Source: Squalus acanthias
Taxonomy: Eukaryota
Reading direction: 5' to 3'
Assembly (NCBI GenBank): GCA_030390025.1
Contig: CM059430.1
Coordinates: 152,334,001 to 152,398,000 of the forward strand
DNA: 64,000 nucleotides
The notes under the pieces are model-generated. The model worked only from the letters and a program-made list of their open reading frames with translations, did no database searches and was not told the DNA's origin. Made by a program: the position numbers and the translations under genes. Shown here one piece after another: positions 48,501-61,909 of the stretch; the stretch's first letter is position 1; each line of letters starts with the position of its first letter.

Positions 48501-49379
48501 ACGACCACGGTTATCAGCTGCCTTGAGCAGGTATTTGCTTTCTGTGGCATGGCATCCTATGTTCATTCGGATCGGGGCCCTTCTTTTATGTCAGGAGAAC
48601 TCAAGGCCTATCTCTCGGAACGGGGTATTGCTGCCAGCAGAACGACGCCTTATCATCCGGTCGGGAATGGGCAAATCGAGCGTTTTAACGCTATCATCTG
48701 GAATGCGGTACGTCTGGCTTTGAGATCTCGGGGCCTACCCAACCAGCAATGGGAAGCAGTACTTCCAGACGCATTACACTCCACACGGTCCCTCCTTTCG
48801 ACCGCCACAAATACGACGCCTCATGAACGGTTCTTCCGATTTCAGCGTCGCTCATCCTATGGGATATCTCTCCCGTCGTGGCTGACTGCACCGGGACCAG
48901 TGCTACTCCGAAGATATGTCCGGGCGTCTAAGAATGACCCCCTGGTAGATGAGGTTGAGCTCACTGACGTCAACCCTACCTACGCCTATATTCGGTATCC
49001 TGACGGTCGGGAATCTACCGTGTCATTGCGGGATCTGGCTCCCTGCCCGCCGAAACATAGAGGGACACCAGGGGATGATATTGTACCAGGCACATCTCTG
49101 GGCTCGCCAGGTGCCTCTCATCACGATCTGGATCTGACGCCGGCTGGTACCTCACTCCAGCGTGCCGACCTGGGGCAGACTGACTATGAGCCCGTCGGGG
49201 CTCGCACGCGCAGCCACGATCCACCCCGTACCATACGCTCGGAAACGGATCTGCCACAGCCCTGCCCGACACCCGTTCGGGCACCAGTACACAGTCAGGA
49301 TCGTCCTGACCCCTCACAGAGCGGGCTGGATCACTCGGACTCTGGTCCACGGCCCGCGGCGGGTAAACGGGCTAGGGGC
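45518..49379 (+). pseudogene. gag-pol single-ORF pseudogene
   Basis: Two CCHC knuckles, protease LIDSG, RT SPW/RLCIDY/YDLKSAYHQ/PFG/YLDN, RNase H CDAS/EKEA/TDQ, integrase HPG...C..C, IDF, DRG, NGQIER. Stops at 45992 and 47345, frameshifts near 47515 and 48040; likely ATG mutated to AGG at 45518. Confidence 0.92.
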
Positions 49380-49518
49380 TTTGGACACCATCCACACCTT
49401 TGATTGCCGTGATTATCTCTCTGCCGAGGTGTGATAAAGGGCAGTTGGAAAGATTAACTGTAATCATCTGGCAGTGTTCTCTGACTATATATGCTGTGCC
49501 TATATGCATCTCTTCACT

Positions 49519-49555
49519 TCACCTGACGAAGGAGCAGCGCTCTGAAAGCTTGTGA
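49519..49555 (+). ncRNA. Minimal type I hammerhead ribozyme
   Basis: TCAC-CTGACGA-A-GGAGC-AGC-GCTCT-GAAA-GCTT-GTGA; the mirror copy at 43056-43092 has a core mutation (CTGACAA). Confidence 0.78.
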
Positions 49556-49960
49556 TTTCAAATAAAGCTGTTGGACTATAACCTGGTGTTGTGCGACTTC
49601 TCACATGATTCTAAAAGATGCTCCTAAAATGACAGATTTTCCCACCAGGAGAGAAGTCAACAGCCGAGTTATGTCGCATTGCATTCCTATATCTCCTAAT
49701 GGCTGTAACAGAGCTAAAGTTACTACCTGTTTAGTCTTGGACCAGCCAGTCAGATTTTCAAGCAGGCTGTTTGAAAATGTCTTAAGATATCAACCAGGCA
49801 TTGAGAAGTCTGTTTTTTCTTAATACCATTTTTTATATAATTCTCCATCTCGCAATGTGGAGGATTTAATTATTGGGGACTTTATGGTTTTTGATGAACT
49901 TTCATCAGCAGCCAAAAATCTTGAATTCCAGCCATGATTTCACCACTGCCCTGCATGATA

Positions 49961-50386
49961 TGGAAACGTAGAATCTAGGAGCAGGAGTAGGCCATTCGGC
50001 CCGTCGAGCCTGCTCCACCATTCAATACGATCATGGCTGATCATTCAAATCCAGTACTCTGTCCCTGCTTTAATCCCCACAGTACACATATCCCACCCTA
50101 CCCCCGTAACCCCACGTATTTAATTCCCCCTAACATATCCCATCCTATCCCCATAACCCCACATATTTAATCCCCCCCTAACACTAAGGGTCAATTTATC
50201 ATAGCCAAATCAACCTAACCCGCACATTTTTGGACTGTGGGAGGAAACCGGAGCACCCGGAGGAAACCCACGCAGACAGGGGGAGAATGTGCAAACTCCA
50301 CACAGACAGTCACCCGAGGCCGATTCGGACCCGGGTCCCTGGCGCTGTGAGGCACCAGTGCTAACCACTATGCCACCGTGTTGCCC
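49961..50386 (-). mobile_element. Full-length V-SINE (HE1-like)
   Basis: Reverse complement of the 6801-7237 type, from the GGGCAACACGG head to the CR1 tail. Confidence 0.92.
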
Positions 50387-53300
50387 AAATGATCCTGCCC
50401 CTCGTCCAGTTTTAGCCTTTACAAGAGGTGATACCCAGTATCATTGGCAAAGTCCAGGAAAGTAGATGATCTCTCTCAGCATCACAGGTTCATGTGAGTT
50501 GTGAGGGAGAAGGGCAGAAAAGAGAAAATAAGTCAAATGAATGATAGAAACAAAAAATTGACATTCTATTCTCTGGCACTGTCTTCTCTGTACATGGACA
50601 CAAACAAATCTACATGGCAAACTGTGAAAGAAATTCAGCGTTGCAACGATTATGCTACTTCTGCTCTACCTGCCAATCATTATGATTGAATTACCATGAA
50701 ACCGCACACTGTCAAAGTAGATGATATCATGGGAACCCGCACTTGTTGGCAGTGCAAGCGGCTTGCTTTTTATAGTCACTTCTGTTAATATTAATGAGTT
50801 CAATACGAGGCTTGAATTGCCATGAGGTGACGGTGCGTGAGCTCTAAGTGAAGCATTTCATTTTGAAAATAATTATCTGACGCTTGTGTAAGCAAAGTAT
50901 TCAAGATATCCTCTCCTTTTGCCTACATTTAAAATAAAATCTGCATTTTCAATAGAGAATTGAATAATATTAAAATAGGTAGTTGTTGAGTTGTATTCTT
51001 AATTACATGCTTCTGTCGAGAGTACAAGACATATTTTAATGACTATTATGCAAATAATTTACATTCAGATTGTGGTCAGGAGCTTTTTTTTACTGCTTAG
51101 TTCTCTTTATCCAAGGGGTCGCATCAGTAGATTACAAAGATAAGATTAGTAAATCCACAAATATTTGATTTGTACGTGTAGTTAGAGAATCAATTAAAGT
51201 TAAAATGTGAATAGCACAAATATTGATGTTTAGACAATCATGCATCAGTTTCTACTCTCATTTTATTCTCTTTGCCTTCATTCAGCAAATAGGATGGTTG
51301 CATATTGGCATTTACTGGCCAGTGTCTTCAGCTGAACTATACTGTTCAGAATCTCAGTGTCTTGTTTGATCCTGAGCTGAGCTTCCAACATGCAGACGGT
51401 GATCTTCAGTCTAAGCAACACAGTTGGGTGTGCTGAGTAACTAGTACGCCCAGAACTTTGAAATTCAGCATTTGGTATAAAGACAGGACCAGGATGAAGG
51501 AAAGCAATCAGGAATTAACCAAAATGGAATAAAAATCGAATTTCCTGATATCCAATCCAACTTTATCCCACAATGCTCAACTGCTGCCAGGGGATGTCAG
51601 GAAGTAGGGACTGGAACAGAATTGGTCTCCGTTGAAGGGTAATTGGGTAGGAATATTAAAATGCTTTTGGTGTGTAAGAAACAGCCCAGATGAGGATAAA
51701 AGTACACCAGCTGGCATTGATGGTAATGCCTGCACTCTAAGTCTCAGCCCTGTCAGAGCTAAGACTGCTGAATTGAGTACCTGGCTGAAGGCAATCTTGT
51801 AATATAGATAGGATTAGACTGATAACTGCCACATTGCATTTCACTAACAACCATCAGCAAATGGAAACCTTTGTCCAACTTTCTTCAACTAAGCTGAGGC
51901 CTCCAGATATGGTAACACTGTCAGCAGAATGGTCTCAGTGCATTGTGTAGCTAGTTGATCCCATTTCTCTTCTGCTTCACATAAATCTCAGGGAATCCGC
52001 ATCTTTAAAGGTAAACCTTGCTTTAGAAACTATGAAATCTGTGTAACCTCTTAATTGTAATTTTTATGACGAATCCTAAACTCATGGTTGAAATCTCTGG
52101 CTTTGGTTACCTCCTTAAACACTGAATAATTCACTGGAGTACCAAGGACATTGATTAAGAGAGATGTATGGGGAATGGTAGCGAGATGAATAAGGAGTTG
52201 AGCTCTGCTGTTCCTATTGTTAAATCAGCTTTTATGTAGGTAGGCACATTGTTCCATTAGTACTTCTCATGAAGTGATGGATGATAAAAGGTTAGCTATA
52301 AAGTAAAGTGTTCTGCAATGCTGTACTTCTAATTACCCATTTGATAAGAAGTAAGGCTGCCAAGTTTTCATGTCTGTCAAGATTTTAAAAGCTGTTTATC
52401 AGTTCAAACATTTAGTGCTTTTTTGTCTTTTACCAATCATTTGGGTATGGTGGCATTGCACAGTGGAGTGCTAACTCACGGTGCCATGAAGTGCTGGTAA
52501 ACATGTTCAATCCCCCACTCTACTCAGTTCTCAATTCGGGGGACAGGCATGGAAAATTGGGCTGCTGTTGTGCACCTTCAAGTGGTCTGCTGCAGAGTGG
52601 CGTCGATGGAAGCCTGGCAGCAGTTTTCTGGTTCAGGTTCAGTGAAACAACAAGATCCATTTAAAGGTCCATAATAACATTCAAGAGCAAGGTAATTGAA
52701 TTGTTAGCTCTGGAATGGATCTGCTTGAAAGGTGGGGAGGCGTGAAACATGCACAATTATTTCTATGTAGCAATGGGAATCAAATCAGAAGTAATTTGAG
52801 CTGGGGCAAAATTTGAAACACTGACCCCTGTACGTAGAAGCTCAAAGGCAGAGCTGTCACTTTCCGAGATTTCCTGGGAAATATACTGGGCTGTAGCGAC
52901 CCATTGGCTGTCGACAGCCCAGGGCAATTTTTTTCCGCTGTTCTTAGCACATGCAGCACAGAGTCATCTCATGAGAGATCTGTTTCTGTTACAGTCATCT
53001 TCAGTTGCACATTATGTCACCTTTTATGAAAACAAAGAACATGCAATAGGTTTGTGAAAATGTGGTCATCTGCTTATTGAACATTTGTTTAATAGTCAAT
53101 CAAATAACCAAAAGACAAATGTGATTGTATATTTCAAAATTTACAGAAAGGTTTCAACAGCCAATTTAAATTGAAAAGGGCGTAAATTCAGACCAAATAG
53201 GATTAAAAAGTGCTTTATAACAGCTGGTGCCGAAGGACATTGTTAGCTGACAGAGGTTGTGTATGTGTAAGAGAGTGAGAGAAAGAGAGAGACAGATTGT

Positions 53301-53810
53301 ATTGATTACACAACTGTTATAGAGGATGCTTGGCCCACTTGTGAGAGTATCTGATGATGCTGCTCCAAAGAAAATACTGAGTACATACCTGAAACTTGGA
53401 ACATTGCTCAACCCTTGCATCCTTCCTTGCCCTTTCTTTGCTATGACACACCTCACCCTTAACACTCCATCCACTCCCTCATTCTCAACATGTTTAGTTT
53501 TGTCACTTCCTCCTTTCTACCCATCCCTTCTATCCACTTCCCTCAAAGAGGATAAGGAAGGACACACTGTCCCTCTCACCTTATACACTTTATGGAGTTT
53601 ATAGAACACAAAACAAAAACTAAACAGAATCTCCCCTCTCCCATTGCTGGCATCCCTGCCCCTGCTTGGCCTTGGGGGTGGAGGGGACGGCAAGATTGAG
53701 GGACATAAACAATGAGGGACAAATACCTAAAAGAAAACCTAGAACAAAGTGATGGTACAGGAGACTACTACAGAGATGGGGTCCTGGACCTTTTAGCCAC
53801 ATTTTTTGGA

Positions 53811-54412
53811 ACAAAAACAACAACTTGTATTTATATAGCGCCTTTAACGTAGTAAAACGTCCCAAGGCGCTTCACAGGAGTATTAAAAGACAAAACATTT
53901 GACACTGAGCCACATAAGGAGAAATTAGGGCAGGTGACCAAAAGCTTGGCCAAAGAGGTAGGTTTTAAGGAGCATCTTATAGGAGGAAAGAGAGGTAGCG
54001 AGGTGGAGAGGTTTAGCCAGGGAATTCCAGAACTTAGGGCCTAGGCAACAAAAGACACGGCCACCAATGGTTGAGCGATTATAATCAGGGATGCTCAAGA
54101 GGCCAGAATTAGAGGAGCGCAGCTTTCTAGGGGGTTGTGAGGCTGAAGGAGATTACAGAGATAGGGAGGGGTGAGGCCATGGAGGGATTTGGAGGAAATA
54201 GGCGGTCTTAGTTATGCTGCGGATATGTGGTCGGAAGCTCATTTCAGGGTCAAATATGACACCAAGGTTGCGAACAGTCTGGTTCAGCCTCAGACAGATG
54301 TTAGGGAGAGGGATGAGTCAGTGGCTAGGGAACGGAGTTTGTGGCTGGGACTGAAAACAATGGCTTCGGTCTTCCCAATATTTAATTGGAGAAAATTGCT
54401 GCTCATCCAGAA
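53811..54412 (-). mobile_element. L2 3' part, internally deleted
   Basis: Matches 37636-38520 with a central deletion. Confidence 0.88.
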
Positions 54413-55082
54413 CTGAGCAGTGTCCTAGGCCCAACCATCTTCAGCTGCTTCATCAATGACCTTCCCTCCAACATAAGGTCAGAAATGGGGTTGTTCGCTA
54501 ATGACTGCACAGTGTTCAGCGCCATTCACAACTCCTCAGATAATGAAACAGTCCATGCCCGCATCCAACAAGACCTGGATGACGTTCAGGCTTGGGCTGA
54601 TAAGTGGCAGGTAACATTCGCGCCACAGACGTGTCAGGCAATGACTATCTCCAACAAGCGAGAGTCTAACCACCTCCCCTTGACATTCAACGGCTTTTAC
54701 TGTGCGTACCGTGGCTGCAGTGTGTCCCATCTACAAGATGCACTGCAGCAACTCGCCAAGGCTTCTTCAGCAGCACCTCCCAAACCCGTGACCTCGTCCA
54801 CCTAGAAGGACAAGGGCAGCAGGCGCATGGGAACACCACCACCTCCAAGTTCCCCTCCAAGTCACACACCATCCTGACTTAGAAGTATATCGCCGATCCT
54901 TCATCGTCGCTGGGTCAAAATCCTGGAACTCCCTAACAGCACTGTGGGAGTACCTTCACCATACAGACTGCAGTGGTTCAAGAAGGCGGCTCACCACCAC
55001 CTTCTCAAGGGCAACTAGGGATGGGCAATAAATGCTGGCCTTGCCAGTGATGCCCAGATCTCATAAGTGAATTAAAAAAAAA
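54413..55082 (+). mobile_element. 3' part of the tRNA-headed LINE family, internally deleted
   Basis: Matches 23783-24063 joined to 24383-24760. Confidence 0.9.
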
Positions 55083-57916
55083 GGATGTGGAGGAGAAGGG
55101 TAGGTAGATAGGTAAAGAGATGGGTAGGTGACAGAGACATCAGTGGAGGAGAACGGGGCACAGAGATGAGAGGAAGCAAAAGAGAAATAGTGGAAACTGA
55201 TTGAGTGAGATGGAAATGGGGGGACAAAATTACTTGACATGTGGGTAGACATTGTGAAAACAATATATGTGTGCAGAGAGATGGGTCACCAAGAGACAAT
55301 TAAAGTAATTGAGGTAACAGAGAGATATTCCCCTTGTTGCTTCTTGCCTATTTTCCAGTCCACGCCTTCCCCCTCCTCTTTCCCACTTGCTTTTCCATGT
55401 TTTCCCTTACCATTCTCTTAATTCTGCAGCGTTACTCCTGAAATTTAAAGAAATTGTAGACCTTCTTCCCTGTAGCTTTACTTCCCCCATCCTTCCAGCC
55501 CTCCTGAAAAAAATTAAAAAAACAAAAATGTATTTTCCCCAGCCCACACCCCTCCTATCCGATATTGCTTTCCAATTCTACTCCAAAATCTTCGCCCTCC
55601 GGCTCTGCTCGCCTCCTCCACAGCCCAATTCCCTGCTAGCCTCACTCCCCACACTTCAGCCTCCAAATAATAGTGCTCTTCATATCTCTGCTCAGATCCT
55701 GCCCTTACTGTTTACACTTCCCCTGCCTTCATTCTCGTCCTACCATTCTCACTTTCTCTCCTCCCGATTCACCCACCAGCCATGATCACCACAAATCTTC
55801 AGGATAACACAGATGGATTCATAAAAGGTACATTCCTGCTTCTTTATTAATTTATTGGCTTAATGATGTTCCCTTTTACCCATTGTTGTATAAGTTTATG
55901 GGTTTGCTGATAATCTATTAAAATTTTAATTCTGTGCTATCTGCTTCTTTAATTTCTTAATTTTCTGCTTCCTGTTCCTTTAAATATATTAATTGAGTGA
56001 TGACTAGCATTCTATTAATTCACTTAACCCTACTTAATTGCACTGCAATGTTCAACAGGAAGATTTCATTTTTGTCACTGTGCAATTACACAGCCTCAAA
56101 CAAAACCAGTAACACATTTAGTGGTAATGTAATGACTCCATTTGTTTTTAATTTTCATGTTATTATGCTGCCAGCTTCTGTTCGCCACTGTTTTACTGTT
56201 TAGCGTCATCACATTATTTAGGAATATTGATATAAAATTTCCAGACTGTACAGCTCTTGACCCACGACTGCTAGTAATATATGAAAAATCTTATATCTGC
56301 CGCAACCCTTATCAGCTTTCTCCATTATAAGTTTCTCTATCCACAATTAGAATGGAACCTGTCACGCTGTAATTACACACTCTCGTCAATGGTAGCCATC
56401 GTCAAAGCAGGTGGTCATGGCAACAGCAGCTATTGGGAAGGGAGTGGCTCAACCTCTAACAGGTCACTACAGCAATGGAGGAGCCCGAGGCCAAGCAAGA
56501 TCAGGGGATTCCAGCAGTTGGAAAGGGAAGGCTCCAGCTCCATTGGATCACTACGGCAAGGGAGGAGCCTGAGGCCTATCAGGAGTTATCAAGGAAGGGG
56601 CCAACTTGAACGGTCACTCATGGCAAAGGCCAAACAGGACACAAACTCAGCAGCAGAATGATGTCTGCTCGGAAATAAATTCAGGGGCAAAGAGCCACCA
56701 ATAACTGCAGGCTATATATGGGGTGGGGGCTGCAGGGTAAATGTGGCTCTCAGTAGCTCCTTTTCCAACCCCTCTCTCAATTACTCATGCTTTCCTCTCC
56801 CATCGTGTTTATCACGTCCGCTACTCCTTTACCCATTTCCCTTTCTTCACTCACTCCCAGCACTACCCCTACCTCATCCCCTTTGAACTGCATACTCAAC
56901 CCCTGTATCTTCTCCCCACCCCCGTTTGATATGCTGTCACTCATCTCACCCTTGACCCTCCAACGATTCCTCCCACACCCACTTGCTCCCCATAAGGACA
57001 GGTGGTAAGAGATCAAGGAGTCCCTGACCCTTAATGAGTTTCCTTCCGCCACTCCCTACTCTCCCTTCCTATCTGTTTCCCTCAAAGAGATTTTGTCACC
57101 TAGCCGATTTTGACTGCCCGCCCACCTGATTTACGTCGGGTGGATAGGGTTAAACTCACCCCTCAAATGTTTGCTTGGTCCGCCTTCAGAGAAATTAAAA
57201 CAGGTACACGTGCGAAAGACACGAATATCTGATTCGGGTCACAAGGTTACGCTATCATACAAGTAGATATAGGGCAGTGTGAGTCAACTCCCATAAAAGT
57301 AAGATGCTTAGACTAAGCGGAGTGACTGAACCTGAGATGGCATCTACAGCAGATCGTAACACATGACATAACACTCCTAATGTTATAAAACAGCTTACTC
57401 TCCAACCCATGTAAGCAACATCATCAGAGATCTGCTAGTAATATATTAAAAATGGTGCATCTGCACATATTACCTGTCAATCACTATTTGTTGTCTCTCG
57501 CTATCACACTTAAGTGTCCAACACTCTTTTTCAAGTGTCACATAAAACCTATCTGTCATACTTACACTTCATACGTGCAAATTTTGTTTTCAGAAAATGT
57601 TAACAAATCACAGCTCAAGAACGTTACGATTGACCAATCAAAATCAGAATAAAAATAACTAATTAGAAGCTACTAGGCATTTTACACAAGAACAAATCAA
57701 CAAACACAAGTCTGCAAAGTTTACCAATAAAAAGAGCAGCAGCCCACCAATCAAATCACTCAAAACACTTTATAAAAACAAAAATGCCCTCAGCCCAGCA
57801 ATATTGGCTACAAATTAGCTTTCCAACATATTAAAATGATAAAATGTGCTTATTTCACAATTATATCATAAAGTTATTTTTGTGTATTTGTGTAGTTTCA
57901 TTAATGTTTATACAAA

Positions 57917-58093
57917 AAAACATTATCTGGTCATTATCACATTGCTGTTTGTGGGAGCTTCCTGTGTGCAAATTGGCTGTCACGTTTCCTACATTACAAC
58001 AGTGACTATACTTCAAAAAGTACTAAATTGGCTGTAAAGCACTTTGGGACGTCCGGTGGTCGTGAAAGGCACTATATAAACGCAAGTCTGTCT
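57917..58093 (+). mobile_element. DeuSINE 3' part
   Basis: Matches 1205-1360. Confidence 0.85.
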
Positions 58094-58176
58094 GTACACA
58101 AAGGCCTCAGCCTTTTTCAAAAGCCTGGGCTTGGGGTTGGGGTTGATACTTTGATGTACAACTATCATAATGTTAA

Positions 58177-58718
58177 AACAACAACAGAAAACGCTGGAAA
58201 AACTCAGCAGGCCAGGCAACATCCGTGGAGAGAGAAACAGAGTTCACGTTGGGGAACAGCACCTCATCTTTCGTTTAGGCACTTTACAGCCTTCCAGACT
58301 CAATATCGAGTTCAACAATTTGAGATCATAACCTCGGCCCCTACCACATATATATACATTTTATCCACCCTTTTAGTTCGTGCCTTTTTCCTTTTTTTTC
58401 TCTCTCTCCCCCTACGGCAGCTGTCTCTCATTCTGCCAGCATTTCACACTTCACCTTTTGTTTCTTAACCTGTCCCATTACCATCTCGTCTTGCCTTGAG
58501 CATCTCTCAATGTCTCTACTTACCATTGTTATTCCCCCCCCTCCCCCCAGCATTTTTATCTGTTCTATTTCCTGCTCTTTTCTCAGTTCTGACGAAGGGT
58601 TTCGACCTGCAACGTTAACTCTGTTTCTCTCTCCACGGATGTTGCCTGGCCTGCTGAGTTTTTCCAGCGTTTTCTGTTGTTGTTTCAATTTTCCAGCATC
58701 CGCAGTATTTTGCTATCG
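58177..58718 (+). mobile_element. PLE family B pLTR with a short inverted 5' arm
   Basis: Homologous to 9472-9962; inverted arm 58177-58245; 14-bp TSD TATCATAATGTTAA (58163-76 / 58719-32); hammerhead core mutated (GCAA). Confidence 0.88.
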
Positions 58719-59857
58719 TATCATAATGTTAACTTTAGATATGGTGCAGTCTGAGTATTTGCATAATTTCTCACCTGCACCAATAGGATTCTATCAATTC
58801 AGTGGCAGACTAACTCACAGCTGGAAGAAAGTGTCTTTGAGATTTTGCAAAACAAGTTGCAGAATGAATTTTTGGGGTAATGTTTCATATTTTTCACTTT
58901 TTTATAAAACATCATGGCCTCTGACTTTGCATGAGAAATGATATGGGAAATCAACTAGTATTAGAAGAACTTCATGTCTGGAAGCACTTTTTATCCATCA
59001 CATACTAGGCAATGCAAATTTAAGTGTCATGTTTGAAAAAATAACAAAGGCAGTCATTTGGAATGTCTGAACCCTCCAGCAACAGAACAGTGTCGCAATG
59101 TCTGCAGACACTCAACTGACCTTCCAAGACACAAAGCCAGTGTTCTGTTTACCAATCTGAATAGCAATTAACCCTTGAATGAACTAACCCAGTGTTTAGC
59201 TGACCTGAATAAGACTTTGTAGCCTTAAAGGGACACATACCTATACTTTGGCAACAGAATAAGGCAACACATCCTTTGAGTCACAAGTAGTGCCACAGGA
59301 GATTAACTAATAATGTTATAAAACAGTACTTTATGTGCATTTTCTGTCTGTCACTCTTTCCTGCCACACTCAAATTTCTGTCTCAGACTTCAAACAAAGA
59401 TATAAAGAAACAAAGCAACTCTCCAGAAACACAAAATACTGATCAAAATGCTGATCATTGGGAGTCGGCTGATAGGGTGGTAATTGGCCGGGTTGGATTT
59501 GTCCTGCCTTTGTGGACAGGCAATTTTCCACATTGTTAAGGTAGATGCCAGCTTAGCTAGGGGCACAGGTCTTCAGCACTACAGCCTGTATGTTTTCGGG
59601 GCCCGTAGCCTTTACTGTTTCCAGTACACTCAGCTGTTTCTTGATGTCACATGTGTTTCTCTTGTCAATTCTCCATACAATTGCCCATTTCAGGTGGTCC
59701 AGAAGCATCCAGCTTTTCCTCCTTCTTGGTCGTTTCCTTCCATCTACACATCGCTACAAACATGGACTTTTAAATGGGGCAATCCATTTACTCTAAACTC
59801 ACACTATCTTCCTCCCTGTCAGCACTAATTTAAGACACTAAGCCAGTTTCAAAACTG

Positions 59858-60004
59858 GCAGATAATTTTAACCTGACCTGAATCGGCCGCCCATTTAACA
59901 GCCCACTCAATTTTACTCCCATCAACTTCAATAGAAAGTAGAATCGGGCGTGGTGTAAAACAAGTCGTCAATTTCCTGTGGGTGGATTAGGTTAAAATTA
60001 ACCA
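59858..60004. mobile_element. Small degenerate MITE
   Basis: TAATTTTAACCT / AGGTTAAAATTA inverted ends. Confidence 0.45.
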
Positions 60005-61909
60005 GGTTCGCTGACTAAAGATTGGCAGTAACCTAACAATACACATCTGTAAGAGGACCTCTCTGACCACAAGCTGTCAATCGCAGAGGGCACCAGCCAA
60101 TCATAGAAACATCAGGTCTGGAGTTTCCTCCTTGCGCGCAACCCAGAAGTTAGACCCGAAAATGCGCCCAATGTTGTCCTTATTTTACTGGTCAAGTTAC
60201 GCCCAAGTATCCTCCCAATCTCATTCGAATACACCCGAATTTAAAATGGACATAAGTGGCCATAAATCGGCATACACAATCGGGGCCCAAGGAAACGCCA
60301 AACCCACAGCAGTATATTTCTTGAGTCATAAAATTTAAGTTTCTACTCATTCGTGAACATTAGGCACAGCATGTTTAAGAACCTACAATCGGGGAAGCTT
60401 TTCAATTTTCAATGTGACTTATACTTAGGCCATAAAAATGCAAAATTGTGGCTTCTGTCTTTAAGTTGGAGGAAGTTGTGGCTCATTCCATGACTTGATG
60501 TGAAATAGGCAATCTGACATGGGGTCAAGACAGGTGGTGAAGCGTTAGAGCTGGATATCATCACAGCATACATGTAAAAATTGACTTATGCCTGTGTAAG
60601 ATGTTGCCAAAATCTTTGCTAGGATTTTCACGCTCTGAGGACAATAGTGATTGAACAGGTGTTCGGCAGATGTCAGAGTATTATACTGTCTCGTCAGGTA
60701 CATCCAGAAATAGGATTTTTTGCAATTTTTGACTTGATGAATGTGTGTTGTATTTTCCAATTTATTGATTTATTTAAAAAGTCCACTTTTCTTTTTCATT
60801 TTGCTTCATGGGTCAAGGGTTCAGGTTGCAGCTGAACAGTAAGTGGGTACTCACACATTCAGGCAAAATTAACAGATGTTTGTGAACTCTTTATTGATTT
60901 AATTAGCTTAATTTGAAAGGATAATTATTGAAGAAAATCAGAAAGATCATTAATAGACAATTTATTGCAGAATTGAATTGAGCACATCTGCTGCTGAGTG
61001 AAACTAAATGTTGCTCGATAGCACATTTGAAGCACCAGTGTTTACTCATTTACCTTTAACATTTAATTCCACAGAAAACTAAAGACAAGCAATATGTCAC
61101 TGTTGAGCCAGTAAAATAATAGCCTAGTGCAGCATGCATTACTATCAACTCCTCTCCTGTCTTGTGGGAAGAATTCAAAGCAACACACTAGAACCACAAT
61201 TATAAAAATGCTGAGCAAAGCAAACGTTGTAATGAAGCAGAAATGATAGTGGGAGATTGAGTCGTATATCTTAGTGTTCCAGAATCCAAAGCTAATGGCC
61301 GTGAATGGAGTCCTCTGGTCATTCTCATCCCTGGTTGCCAGCCAAGTGTATTATATTGCAATGTTTTTGGTCTATTTGCTGCGCTGCTGCTGTTAGAAAC
61401 TCACAACAACAAAATTCATATTAAGTTAAATGCCAGTTAAAATCACTAAAGAGCTGTAATCCAGCTGCTGGAAGTAGATTTGGTACAAATGCAAGTATTT
61501 GGGATAGTCTTAATATACTTTCATTTTCCATTTTCTGCTTCCACTTCCTCCTTTTCCTTTCTTCCAATTTTCTCCCCTCTCCTGAAGGTGCTAACATGTG
61601 CTGTGTTATAGCTCCACAGGGAATAGCTGCTTTTTACTACCTTTCCCAAGTGGCCTCTTTCATGTATGAGGCTAGATAGTGAACATTGGCAAGCCAATCA
61701 GCAATAGGGGCATCAAGCCCAATCCTGTCTTCACCCTGTGTGTGTTTTCCAGCATACTGATCAGGAGAAGGAACCCTGATTGATTCCCCCCACCCCCCAC
61801 TCAGGGGACTGAGTCCATTTATAGTATTCTTTATGCTACCCTGGTAAAGATCAGCTAATTCAGCACAGACTAGGGATCATTCTAGTCTGTATGGCTCTTT
61901 TACACAGGG

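Larger units (their letters stand above)
45246..49379 (+). mobile_element. Ty3/Gypsy LTR retrotransposon, 3' LTR deleted
   Basis: 5' LTR followed by gag-PR-RT-RH-IN in that order; interrupts the right PLE arm. Confidence 0.95.
42965..49604. mobile_element. Palindromic PLE family A insertion with a nested SINE and Gypsy element
   Basis: Arms 42965-44136 (-) and 44137-45245 plus 49380-49604 (+); 13-bp TSD ATGATTCTAAAAG (42952-64 / 49605-17). Confidence 0.92.

Noticed and set aside
56281-56661. 126-aa ORF with an internal ~90-bp imperfect repeat
   Set aside because: No recognisable domain or splice support; probably a decayed repeat.
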